DNA from: Octopus vulgaris
Taxonomy: Eukaryota
Direction of reading: 5' to 3'
Assembly: GCA_951406725.2 (NCBI GenBank)
Contig: OX597831.1
Span: forward strand, 51,212,001 to 51,276,000
DNA length: 64,000 nucleotides
Below, one piece after another: positions 52,128-64,000 of this stretch (its first letter is position 1; every line of letters begins with the position of its first letter). The position numbers were made by a program, and so were the translations under genes. The notes under the pieces are model-generated. The model saw only the letters and a list, made by a program, of their open reading frames with translations, ran no database searches and was not told the DNA's origin.

Positions 52128-54825
52128 TGGTTGATGGAAAATGAAAGAAACCCATTATATATATATATATACACACACATAAGATAGTCCTTATATATAT
52201 GATGGTTGTAAATAAGCATTGTTTTGTTTCCAATTTTCCATTCATGAGGAAATATTACCTTGCCTGGAAACAAGTGAAGATTGGCAACAGGATGGTCATG
52301 TAAATATAGAAAATCTGCCTCAGTGAAGTCTGTCTGACTCATCAAGGCAAGGAAAAGTGGACATAAAAATAATGATGTTGATTCTGTGCCAAAATAAGTT
52401 TGAGAATCACTGGACTGTTGCTGATGTTTTCAACCAGCACACTTATATTCCAATATATGATCTGCAGGTGTGCTATAAGTTTTTCAGACAAACTGGAAAA
52501 TGTCCAAATATTTAGAAAACTCAACTGTTCTTTAATATTCCACACAGGTGATTGTGTAATCCTTTGTGGAAAATACAATGTATCTGTTTTAAAACAATTT
52601 TTATTTATAATATAACTTTTAGAAAGTTGGTGGTAAGCTGTAATACTTTCTGTCCCTTATTTAGGGTGAAATCAATCACAAAAGGTTGAAAATCATTGCT
52701 CTATAGTCTAAAATCTAATAAGAGTCACATCAATTATTAAAACATAAAATAGATATAATTTCTTTTTGATTACACAGAAGGCATTTTTGCTTTTCATGAG
52801 TTTGTAAGATTAGTATAATGAACCCACTTAAGTGTATAGCTGGTATTTATTATATAGAGTAATATGGTATGCTAAAATGTTTTATTCAATAAACAACTTG
52901 TTTTATCTCCAAATAACACTGAAGGAACTTCGACCTGCTAGTAAAAGCAGTCAAATCTCCCTAAAATCGTATCTATCATCTTAAAAGAAAGGAAAGACAA
53001 ATTGAACAATGTTGTCTGAGATACTCAAAAAAAAAAAGAGGATGGGTCACGACCGGAATGGTTTTGATCATTGGTTTGCTTGATAAGGATTGACCAAGCG
53101 TTAAATAACAGTAACCGAAGGGTATGAGCGATGTTAGAGCAGTAAAATGTATATTTATTCGATTAAGAATCAAAATTATTTAATGGACTTGCGTATATGC
53201 GAACAATGTTAGATTGTCGGCAAAAAGAGACCGATAAAATAAGTACTGGGCTTACAAAGAATAAGTCCCGGGGTCGATTTGCTCGACTAAAGGCGGTGCT
53301 CCAGCATGGCCGCAGTCAAATGACTGAAACAAGTAAAAGAAAGAAAAGAAAAGAATCCCTGCCTTTCGAAATTGTTTTCCCTAACTTTGTTCTATCCTTA
53401 CTGAATGAAGAAAAGAAGAGAAAGAGAAAAAAACTCAGTTGATAAGTTGACCAAAACGCCGACAAATATATCAAATCAAACGGGGGGTCAAATGTGAAGA
53501 TTTCAAAACAAGCAAGCGATGTGAAGAGCCAACAATTCGTTCAACAATAATGACATGTGCGCTGCTTTCAGTAAACAGTGAAGATACCGTGGTCTAGTAC
53601 TTTTGCTGTTGACACTATTCACTATTAAATATGACGCGTTATAGCGTGAGCATGTGTATATATGTCAGACTATAATTATATATCCGAATGTTAATAACGT
53701 TCTAATTTCTGTTCAGTGTGAAGCCAACCGAAAATTTATGTATGTCACACAACAAATTATACATATTAAATTAATGTGTTAAACTATACTTAACTTAAGG
53801 AGCTGTGATTATCTATCTGTCAATTTGGGTTACTAAATACCCGGCTAGTGGTGTTAAATCCTAGTTTGTATAGTTACCGAAATACTAATTTCACATTCAT
53901 TATGGTTTCTGGAATTGTTTTTTGTTTTGTTTTGTTTTTTTAGTCAGTTCGCTTAAATAAGTTGGTGAATCCCACCCAGTGTATCAAATCCAGAGGAAAG
54001 AGAAAAATAATTAGGTTTATATTATCTCAGTTGTTTTCAGGTTCATCCCCTGGTTAGCCCTGATCAAACAGACCTACGATCACAAGTATTTCGACAGTTG
54101 ACAATCCGGTGTGTTTGTTTTTCCCCCACAGTGTACTTTGGACTACATTAGGCAATGTTCATTCTTCTTTTTAACACAACAGGGTGTGATGCAAAAGGAA
54201 ATTTAGTTTCTAATTCTTGCAGGTTGAACGATCAAGTAGATACTCTCACATTGCATTAGTCTCAAATAAAAAGATAAAAGAAGTTAAATAGGTTCGAGTC
54301 TCTTAAGCATTTTATTAACTTCGCACATAAAGGGAATGTCAGATAAGCAGACATCTAAACGAACTACAATTAAACAAAAGGTAGAAGCCTAAACAAAGAT
54401 CGAAAATGATCTACTCAAAACGACACACCTTAGGAGAAGGTGTGACAATATTAAGTCGAATGGTTTTCAAAAAAGCAGAGATGTTAGTGTACAATTCTTT
54501 CAGAAAAATGTGTCGATATGCAAATATACTAACAAAAAAAAAATATAGAATCAGCGGACGCTCTTGCAAATGAATACAAGAGCCTTGTCAAAAAATAACT
54601 ATTTTTTCCATTTACTGCCAATAAAAATTTACCTGAATCGTGTAATTTTATCTCGGTAAAAATAATTGCATTTTGCGCTCAGTTTTATTCTATTGAAGTA
54701 AATTAAAGATGAATTTTTAGACAAAAAATGTGAATCGAAGCTTCTATGTAAATGTTATGTATTTCATTGTAGAAGTCTCTCACCTGGACGCAAATAATAA
54801 ACAAAGCAGTAATTTAAAGGATTAC

Positions 54826-54862
54826 CTTTCAGTTGTTTTAGTAGTGGATCGCTCACAGACAT
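54826..54862 (-). CDS. RUN-PDZ gene coding exon 1 (MSVSDPLLKQLK+G)
   Basis: ATG in context GCAAATG, 37 nt, donor AAG|GTAATC; phase 1 matches exon 2 (G+CA = Ala); lies in CpG-retaining promoter-like DNA. Confidence 0.82.
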
Positions 54863-55150
54863 TTGCGAAGTGGGACTTTCAACACCAACTCTTTACGATA
54901 AGTGCAAGCGGAACACATAGCAACAATAGAAAGAGGTCGTTTAGCTTTACTAATTCCACCGTTAATTGTTGCTTCAAACAAATAATCAGTTTAAAAGTAG
55001 TTACACAAGTTGGATGGCAAAACCTCTTTTTATCATTCGTCGTTTATCCGCTTGTTGATTTTTCCCCGTTAGAGTAGCTTCCCCTGATACCGGTGACGTC
55101 ACTGATTAATTGACACTAAAGGAGCTATTGACTATCGATTCATACAAGCT
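54863..55150 (-). promoter_or_regulatory. Probable 5'UTR/promoter of the RUN-PDZ gene with a perfect CRE palindrome TGACGTCA (55094-55101)
   Basis: Unique, CpG-retaining sequence directly upstream of the ATG; GGTGACGTCAC lies about 230 nt upstream. The TSS cannot be determined from sequence. Confidence 0.55.
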
Positions 55151-55875
55151 GTCAATAAAATTTTAATTTTACATTTAAAGCCTTATGCTTTCTTTCTTTG
55201 TTCATTATTATTATTATCTTTGCTGAGGCAGCGAGCTACCAGTATTGTTAGAGTGTCGGAAAAAAATACGTGGCGGTCTACCTTCGGACTCATAATATTC
55301 TTTGTTCAAATTCCACTTTTCATCCTCTCGGAGTCGACAAAATAAGACCCAGTTGAGCAGTGGGGTAGGTGTAATCGACTATCTCCCTCCCTTGAAATTG
55401 CTAGCCTTGTGCCAAAATTTGAAACCAGGGTTGCCTGCGTGGCGTTTCCCCGACTATTGTTATTGATTTTTAGTGGTTATATTTGCAGCCTTTGTGACCA
55501 ATAAAGAAAGTAGTAGTAGTAGTTCGTTTAACTAGTTACGATTTTATTTTTAATAGAGTAAGTGTATAGAATCGATCGAGTAAGTTAGAGACGTTAAAGT
55601 ATATTTGCCTATTGACAAACCTATAAAACTTACGCCAGTCTGTCCTTAAAAATTGTTTAAGTTTTCCCATCTGTCAGGTGTCATTCAATCTAACACAACA
55701 AATGTAGTGCTTGGTAGTAAATAGCAAAAACAGTAATCTAGATAAGTTGAAAACTAAATTAATTGCGCATAAAAAGAGAAACAGAATCCGAAGAAACTGA
55801 CGGTGGTCCGTATCGGCATAAATTATAAGGTAAAGCTGGTGAGTTTCAATACATTGATATGCCGTTAGGAGGAGA

Positions 55876-56150
55876 CAGGGCTGGCGCTCGGAAGTACGGA
55901 ATCTGATTAGAGAATTAGACCCAATTAAACCCTCTACTCTACAGAAACCGAAGATTGGTGTATTATGTTTCGTGTAGTACACCAGTCCCAGGTAAAGAGC
56001 GTTGAGGGCTTGAGGCTCCACTATTAGCAGCAAAAAAAATATATAAAAAATTGAGAATTCATATGAAGGTTTTAATGTTTTATTACAAGTCGAGTGTGTG
56101 CGCGGGGCCCAATTTGAACGAATCTATTTTATTGGCTTAAAACCGGCCCT
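55876..56150. mobile_element. Possible old hAT MITE
   Basis: CAGGGCTGG...CCGGCCCTG termini with an imperfect 8-bp flanking repeat. Confidence 0.35.
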
Positions 56151-57329
56151 GAGAGAAGAAAATGAATGGACTTTCAGGATGGACCTTTTCATCTAAAACT
56201 GTGATTCTTAACCTGAGCGGCAATACCCTTGGAGCCTTTGTGAGTTCACAGTGAATAGCAAATTTGAAGATCGATTATATAGAGCGGGTGTGATTTTTCT
56301 TAAAAATTTAATATACAATATTTATACAATATTTATATTTTAAACACATTTTAAAATAAAATCTTTGTCAGGGTTAACATGATAGTATCAGTGGATAGAA
56401 ACATTTCTGTTTATACGCCGAAGTCCCTTTAATTTTGGAGAAGCCAACTAATATTGGCTTTAAATTTTGGCACAAGACCAACAATTATGGGAAAGGGGTG
56501 AAGTCGATTACATCGACCCCCAGTGCTCAACTTGTACTTATTTTATCGATCCCGAGAGGATGAAAGGCAAAGTCGACCTCGGTCAAATTTGAACTCAGAA
56601 CGTTAAGATGGACGAAGTACCGCTAAACATTTTGCCCGGTGTGCTAACAATTCTGCCAACTGATATTACTTGTGAAATGTTTGTATGTGTGTTTTAGATA
56701 ACAATGAACAATAACCTGCTCGTAAAAAAAAAAATCAACGGACAAAAATGTGTACCCTTAACGTAGTTCGCAGGGATATTCGGCGTGACACAGGATGTGA
56801 CAAGGGTGGCCCTTTGAAATACAGGTACTACTCGTTTTGCCAGCTGAGTGAACTGGAGCAACATGAAATAAAGTGTCTAGTTCAAGGACACAATGTGCCG
56901 TCGGGTATCGATCTCACGACCTTACGATCGAGAGCCGAATACCTTAAACACTAAACCATGCACCTTCACCGTTACAAAACTCTTGCTGAAGTGTTGCATC
57001 AAATCGTGAAAAAGTTCTTGGGTGGTGAAGGAATGGTAACAGAAAAAGCTTCAAACTTTTATAAAATTAATAATTCTCTCTTATGAAACTGTTATGAAAT
57101 TAGATAATCCAAACTCGTTTTTCGTTAGCTGCATGTGCTATTCTTTCCATTTTGGTATATTCCTCTACTACTAAAGAATTATCATCTAATATTTACTGGG
57201 AGGAGAAGCTTAAAATATACAAATTAATCAACAATGATGATAAACCAGTGGAAAATGATTGCCCTTTCAGTCACAATATGTTTAACGAGAAGTAAACGTG
57301 TACAAAATATTCTTAGTTTGTAAGACGTA

Positions 57330-60240
57330 TTAAAACTAACAAGTGGTGCCCTTCTCTACAAAAAGCAGAAGAGGAGACGCTCCAACTTGCTCAGCTACGA
57401 ATCGGAGCAGGGCACGACGGTCAGGCAGTAGGTGATAACAGATGCTATGTACATCTGCTCCACCTCCGTCATCTCTAGCAGTGATAACGTCCTTTCAGAT
57501 CAAATCTGGGTTAGGACAGTTACCTTGCTTGTGACTTCATTCTAATTCTTCTCTACCTGGAGATCCAGACCAAACCAGACCCTTAGCATCTTAACCGGAC
57601 CTTCCGTCGAACGCCCCACGACGTTATTGGACGACATCGACTTGCCCCTCTAGGTACCGAATTGCAAGCCGACTGGCTTATCCTGGTTAGTTTTTGCTCT
57701 TGCCACTGCTTCGTATCTTCTGATGGCGTTTTCTACACAAGATAGCTGCCATTCATCCGACACGATGATGGTGGTGTCATCCGCATACGCGGTTACAGTT
57801 CTTCCATAGCTTAGATCATGCGAAATACCCACTAAAGCCTCCAACCTTCGCAGTAACGGCTCAAGAGCCAACACATACAAAAGCAGAGACAGGGGACATC
57901 CCTGGCGAACGGTTTCGAAAAGAAACCGTTCATCCGGACGATAGACTCGATGTTGTTGTACAGAGCAGCGATCCAGCTTGGCCGCCCCGAGAACCGCCGC
58001 CAGGTACCGATGGTCAACCCTATCGAACGCTTTAGACTGATTTAAATGTACCAGTGCCCCACCTTTGCCAGAAATTTTATCCACCCGCTCTAAGATGTAG
58101 GCTATGAGATGGAGATTGTCGGGTATCGTCCTGCCGGGGATGACGCTTGTTTGCGCCTCTCCAACAAGGCTATCCACGACCCATGCCAACCTTTTTGCTA
58201 GCACCTTGGCCAAAATCTTTAACTCTGTGTTTAACAGAGTTATGGACCTAAAGTTACTTATAATGTTCCCCTTGTTCGAGTCCTTTCTGATCAGCGTTAC
58301 CACCAACCGGCTGGCAGCCTTGGGAATTCTCCTATTCTGCTGCTATTTGGCATAAACCCTGGACAGTAGGTGCCCGAACAAGTCAGGCATACTTTTGAAA
58401 AACTCATAGAGTAGACCATCAAGTCCCAATGACTTCTCCCGGGTGCACTCGGACAGTACCTTCATGGCCTCCTCAGCCGTGATCAGTCATTCCCAGCACT
58501 CAGCTTCTCTCGTGTCGAAAGACGCGGGCCACCAGGCAGGACGTCGTGAAGTGACTCTCCACAGTCCAGCGCCTCGCCCATCCCGAACAACTCGACAAAA
58601 TGCTTGTAAAAGACCTCACGCATCTCATCTTGTCCTTCGATCAAATACTGCTGTTCATCGACCAAAGACCCAATTGTGGAATCATTCCCATTATGGGTCT
58701 CTACCGTGCGGGCCCACCCGGCAACGTTAATTCTTTCACGGCCTAATGTACGTATTTTAGCCCGAACTCTACATACCTCGTATTTGGCTGAGGTGTCGGT
58801 CCAAGGGCGATCTCATTGTCAAAACTTGGAATACATAGCCCAAACTTAAAGCTGTTTCTAAGTCCTTAACTAGATCCCTTTCTATTCTAGTCCTATCTGA
58901 ACTTAGCTCCCTGCTAAATTTAATCGACTCGAGTCGAATGGCTCATTTGAGGGCAAACCACCACTTGTTATTCAACACAGTGCCGGTTAATGCCCTCATG
59001 GCTAACTCCTTAATCGGACTATGGTATGCCTCACAAAACAAAATAGTCTTGTTTAGCTTTCAGTAGCCGGATCCCTGTCTAAGTACTTTCTCTATGTTCA
59101 TCCTACACGTCGCTAGTTTGTGATCCGTGTAGGAGACCAGAACAAACTCTGGACAATTAAAACTAGACTTATCGCTAGTACGAATTATTATTCTATCTAT
59201 ATAAGATCTGAACGACTCGTCGTCGTTACTCCAGGTCCACACTGGGACGCTCGAGTGATCAAGTCTGTAACGATCTGCCAGCTGAAACCGCTTGGATTGA
59301 GCCAACACAGTCCTGGCGTGCACCCAGGATTGCGTTAAAATCCCCTGACACCACTAATGTCTTCGATGTCTCTAGGCGTCGATAGAAATCAGTCTGTTTG
59401 TTTTTATAACTCCGCGCATAAACGCCCACCAATCTGAATGCCTTATCTCTGTACTTTAAGTTGAGAACGACTAGCCCACCTTCTGGGTCTACAAAGATTG
59501 TACTTGTCTGCAGAGCCAAGCTTTTTCGGAGCAAGACCACTACTCCTCTTCGGTCTCCTGTTTGGCTAGGAGACATGATTTTCTCATAGCCATTCAGGAG
59601 AGCCGAGAAGGCTAGTAGTCTCAAGCTATGTGACTTGAGGTCATCGCAGAAACAAGTTTGCTCCCACTTCGAACTCAGGCCACGCACATTTAAACAAGCC
59701 AAGTTCAGTACAGACATTCAAACGCAAAAAGGGGATCAAGAACTTACCCGTTTTTAACAGACGAAGGAGTGATCGTTCTTAGTGTTATTGAATTCCCCTC
59801 CTCCTTGTTCTTTTCTCTTTCTACGTCGGTTTCTGGCGGCGGGTCTATTAATTTGGGCATCTCACTTAACCTGTGGATGTCCTCCAGTCTTCTATCTTTC
59901 AGTTGCCTGAAAAGTTTTTTTCTTCTATTCGGGAGTAGTTCGCGCCTTTGAAACGTTTAGTTAAATGATGTTTACTTACAATTTCCTGTAAGTACGCATC
60001 TCTGTCATTATACTTAACAAACGCAGTTCTGTCTACAGGGGTCGTATGGGTGAAGGGGCGATATTTAAAGTTATGGTGGTGTGATGGTGCGTTTTTGTTT
60101 GTTTTTTTTTTTGTTGGGGTTGTGGGTTGGGAGGGAGATGGGAACACAATATTTCTTTTCCCCCGTTTCCGGGAGATAACTTAAAATTCCGCCTCCCTTT
60201 CGACTTTTTCTGTATTCTTTGATACTTCGTTAGCTTCTTC
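57330..60240 (-). mobile_element. L1/Tx1-clade LINE, decayed (ORF1 tail, ORF2 APE + RT)
   Basis: MSVLNLACLNVRGL, GDFNA, SYIDRI and SYTDH (APE); ITLLNTELKILAKVLA, SKAFDRV, VRQGCPLS and AYADD (RT). Confidence 0.92.
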
Positions 60241-60244
60241 TAGT

Positions 60245-63195
60245 TTTTCTTAGGAAGTGTTATTTTATTGAGCAAAATTTCATTTTATTTACCCCAGCTC
60301 CTTTTTTGAGGTTTTGTTTTCGTACAATTTAATGTTATTTGCGCTTGGCATCTATTTTCAGGAACTCTATCTGTTTCCTTTTCCTCTCACTTGTACGCCA
60401 GGGTCCAATCACCTGCAGTAGCGTTGCTACTTGGAACGTATCGTGCAACCATTCCATCGGTTCCTCCAACTTCTTTGGTTCGCTTTCCACGAATCTCTTT
60501 TTCAGTTGGTTCTTGTGTCTCTTTTGTATGGCTTTTCTACTTTTTACCCAATGCATCATTTTACCTATGCATTTGTTAATTACGCCATCTTCAAACTCTG
60601 CTTTCCATTCTAGTATGCCCTCATATACACATTTTCTCCAACTTTAAAGAATCTTGCTATGTCTTCCCTGGCACTTTTTTTTTCTTGCCAAGTAGCAATT
60701 TATCAAAGACTGATTTTACTTCAAAAAACATCAGCCCCGCTGGTGAGCTACCTGCTGGTATATTTGGATTTGGTGTCACACGGTACACTCATAAAAATTG
60801 TTGTAGAGCTACATCATCCGTGACTTCCTTATTCGAATTTTTTAGGGCTCTTTTGAAGGTATCGACAAAGCGTTCTGCTTGTCCATTAAATCTGGGATGG
60901 TATGGCACTGGAGTTACATATTCTACCACGAACGTTTCACAATTTTTTTTAAATTCGCTACACACAAATTGTGTTCCATTGTCAGACATTATCTTGTTAG
61001 GGATGCCAAATCTTGCAAACAATTCGTGTAAAAAATTTATCACAGTTGAGGAGGTTGGTTTCTGACACTGCAAATTTCAGGCCATTTCCAGAAACTATCA
61101 ACTACCACTAAGTAATAAGAACCATTTAAAGGACCAGCGAAATCGATGTGTACTCTCGACCACAGAACATCTACTTTTGGCCAAGGTTCTCTTTTTATCG
61201 TGAACAATTTTCATTTCGTTTTGGCTTACATACAGGTGTTCCACTCTGTTCTGCTGCATTTTTTTTTTTTGCTCCAGTCCTTCAACTGCTTTCGAACCTT
61301 CGACTGGACCGATTATATTTCTACACAAAACACTTATGGGCGTATTCCATACTTTGAATAGTTCCATCTACTCTGTGCCGAATAAATTAAGTGAACTTTT
61401 AATACATATATCTTTGCTTTTTTTCGTTTGACCTCGAAATGTTATATTACATACGAATTCACCGAAAAAATATAATCTTTTTCCCGTAACACCATGTACT
61501 GTCTTTTTTTTCGGTTTAATTATTCTCGGCTTACCGACATATTTCCAAGTTTTTCCGTTTATAATAGTGATATCATTATCAGTGTCCAATTGGATTTTAA
61601 CACTTGTATTTCTGATTTTCACCTTCACGAATTTCTTCATCGCTATATCACCAATTTCTTCCGATGACATTCTATTTATTCTTTTTCCTTTGTTCTGACG
61701 TTTTGTCACCTTCGTTCTACAGTGCATCTTTATATGTCCTATATCTCCACAACAAAAGCACTCCGCTTTTTTAAATCGACAGTTTTTCCTCAACCGTATA
61801 ACCCACATGCAAAACATGGGTTTATTCCCTGATTTTTGTCGTGTTCTTTTTAGAAAACACTTTATCTCTATTCTAACTATTTCGCTCTTGTTTTACTTGG
61901 AAACAATCTTTACATTAAATTTCCTCTCTGTCGTGTTTTAATTTGACTATTCTTTCACATTCTTCTGACACTTGCTGAAGGTTTACATCCTAGTTTTGTT
62001 CCAGCTTTGCAAGAATTCTAGTTCTAACACCTGCGCCCTTTTCGGCAGTAAGTTCTTGTGTAAAAATCAGGCATTTGAACATATCTGGCGTTAATTCATC
62101 CAGCTTAAACTTCTCGCATTCCCTGTTTACTCTCCCAGCACCAGTGATGTAGTCCTCGTCGTTGTTTTTCTCTACGTTCAGACACTTCCAACGTGTGTTG
62201 AACAATGAGCTTTTATCAGTGAAACTTTTACACAATGCATCTATTGTGTCATTAAAGCTTATGTCACAAAGGTTTTCTCGGGAGTACATAATTGCTATAA
62301 CGCTCATGTTCTGCTGCTGCCAGTTTTCTTAAGATTAAGCGCGTTTTCATCTTGTTGTCCCAATCTTTACATTCTTTATCGTATCTTCTGTAGTATGCCT
62401 CGAAGGTAACTCCTTCGTCTGGTTCATATTTGACTCTGTTATGGAGTTCGCGACATGGTCTGGCGAGAACACTTTTTCTCACTTTCCTGATGACTACAGT
62501 AATTGCTGCATTTGTTGCCGTAATATTATTTGTTGTTGTTGTTGCTTCTGATGTTGCTATTGCAATTGTATCTGTTGTTGTTGCTTCTGATGTTGCTATT
62601 GCAATTGTATCTGTTGTTGTTGTTCTTTCAGATGTTGTCTTCTTCTTCTTCTTCCAATCAGGACTCACGCCATTAGAATAATCTCTAATTCGAGCCTACT
62701 CTAAGCTACTAAGAATGCGTGTGGCAACTTGAAGATCCACCCACCAAAAGGCAGAAGTAGGAAGAAAGAATGAGAGAAAGTTGTGATGAAAGAGTACAGC
62801 GGGGTTCACCACTCCTCCCCGCTGGAGCCTCGTGGAGCTTAGATGTTTTTGCTCAATAAACACTCACAATGCCCGGTCTGGGAATCGAAACCGCATTCTT
62901 ACGACCGCGAGTCCGCTGCCCTAACCACTGAGCCATTGCGCCTCCACTCGTCCCCACTGTTATAATCCTTGTTACAACGCTCACTTTGGTATTCAGTATA
63001 CTTAGTAAAACCAGTAAAGACACAACTACCTCTGACCACCAACTACGCACTGATTTCTTTTATTTAGGTACATGGCCTTTATAAAAAGGGGACACCACAA
63101 GGACAGAGAAAACAATGCATGAGGTACATGCAAACATATAACGAATGAATGTGAATATGAAAATAATGAGAATGGAATGGCTTTTCTATCCCACA
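60245..63195 (-). mobile_element. Gypsy/Ty3 LTR element lacking RT/RNase H (5' LTR about 62960-63195, gag, CCHC, protease, integrase; 3' LTR not seen)
   Basis: PBS-like TGGGGACGAG; gag FEAYYRRY and SLFNTRWKCL; CFCCGDIGHIKMHC; LDTDNDITII; HIDFAGP; ELFARFGIP..SDNGTQF..NGQAERFV; same family as 12530-15174. Confidence 0.9.
62735..62945 (-). mobile_element. tRNA-derived SINE (fourth family) inserted just after the Gypsy PBS
   Basis: GGAGGCGCAATGGCTCAGTGGTTAGGGCAGCGGACTCGCGGTCGTAAG...GTTTCGATTCCC head with A and B boxes. Confidence 0.8.
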
Positions 63196-63259
63196 AAGTA
63201 AGAAGTTCCATTTTACTGTTTTTAAAATAATTAATTATTTTTCCAGTTTATATTGTGTT

Positions 63260-64000
63260 CGCAATGTCATACCATAAAATCCATCAAATTCGTCATATCG
63301 AAATCAAAGTTCGGTATTCTCTATTCTATCTCCAAATATTTCTCTTAACCTTCCCGCTCTATCATCCGCCAACAAAACCGCTTTCTGATTTCGGTTCTCC
63401 TCCTTGTCGGTCAGTTTGATCCTTATAACGCTTTTCATTTTGGAAATTCTCTTCTCTACTTCCACGCTCTTTCCATAACAAACCATCACTCTTTCGTGTT
63501 ATCCCTTCGGTGGCTTTCTCGGCTGTAGCACCTCACTCTCTACCACTGTTGCTAGTATTTCCGTCTCTGTTTGTTCCTCCTTCTCACTTTCAAGTCTCTT
63601 CTTCCGACTTTCCTCCACCTTACTAGTTGAAGACTCCGGTCTTTGTGTTCGTTCTTCCATTGGTGCCATTTTCATTCTTATTTTCCTCCGCCTTTCCTTT
63701 CTTTTTAGGTGGAGATTCCACGTTCTTTCTCTTTCTTTCTACCACTGTATACTCCTCCATTTCCTCCTCTGCAGTTGTAGTTTCTTCTTGCCGACTCTCT
63801 CCTTCTCCGCCTCCTCCCGTTCGCATTTCTGGGGACACTTTGCTTTCATGTGTACCCTTATCCCGCATACCGGAGGTCTCCCTCGCCACAACGATCCGCA
63901 TTCTCGTATCATCAGCCAGCACCAGCTCTTCTGCTATTTTATGAAGGTCTGGCAGGCCAATATGGATCAGAGCCCCCAGTCCATATCCCCAGCAGTTCAC
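63260..64000 (-). mobile_element. L1/Tx1-type ORF1-like coding remnant, running off the window end
   Basis: RMRIVV followed by a degenerate zinc-knuckle region and acidic/basic low-complexity tracts; no ORF2 follows. Confidence 0.55.

Noticed and set aside
52342-52590. Possible extra exon in intron 1 (acceptor-like AAACAG and a 78-aa ORF)
   Set aside because: No convincing donor, and exon 1 already splices in phase to exon 2.
55674-56033. 119-aa ORF upstream of the gene
   Set aside because: No recognisable domain, it overlaps a probable MITE, and it has no splice support.

Overview
AT-rich, repeat-dense eukaryotic genomic DNA. The SINE/LINE families and microsatellite load suggest a cephalopod (Octopus-like) genome; this is an inference. 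The window holds the 5' part of one minus-strand multi-exon gene that the ORF track misses. I assembled 11 small coding exons (54862 to 7622) with canonical GT-AG junctions and consistent phases. They encode 237 aa: an N-terminal FYCO1/RUFY-type RUN domain followed by the start of a PDZ domain, and the gene probably continues left of the window. The introns and upstream region contain tRNA-derived SINEs, RTE/CR1/L2/Tx1 LINE fragments, two RT-less Gypsy LTR elements, Tc1 and Chapaev-like transposons, MITEs and Helitrons. The most notable observations are: (i) several unrelated fold-back elements with Penelope-type minimal hammerhead ribozyme motifs beside their symmetry centre, one with a G3-C8 core variant; (ii) possible decayed peptide-GPCR pseudogenes in the introns; (iii) a SINE family whose target-site duplications mostly begin with GGT; (iv) a CpG-depletion boundary near the gene start. 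All assignments were made by eye, without database searches.
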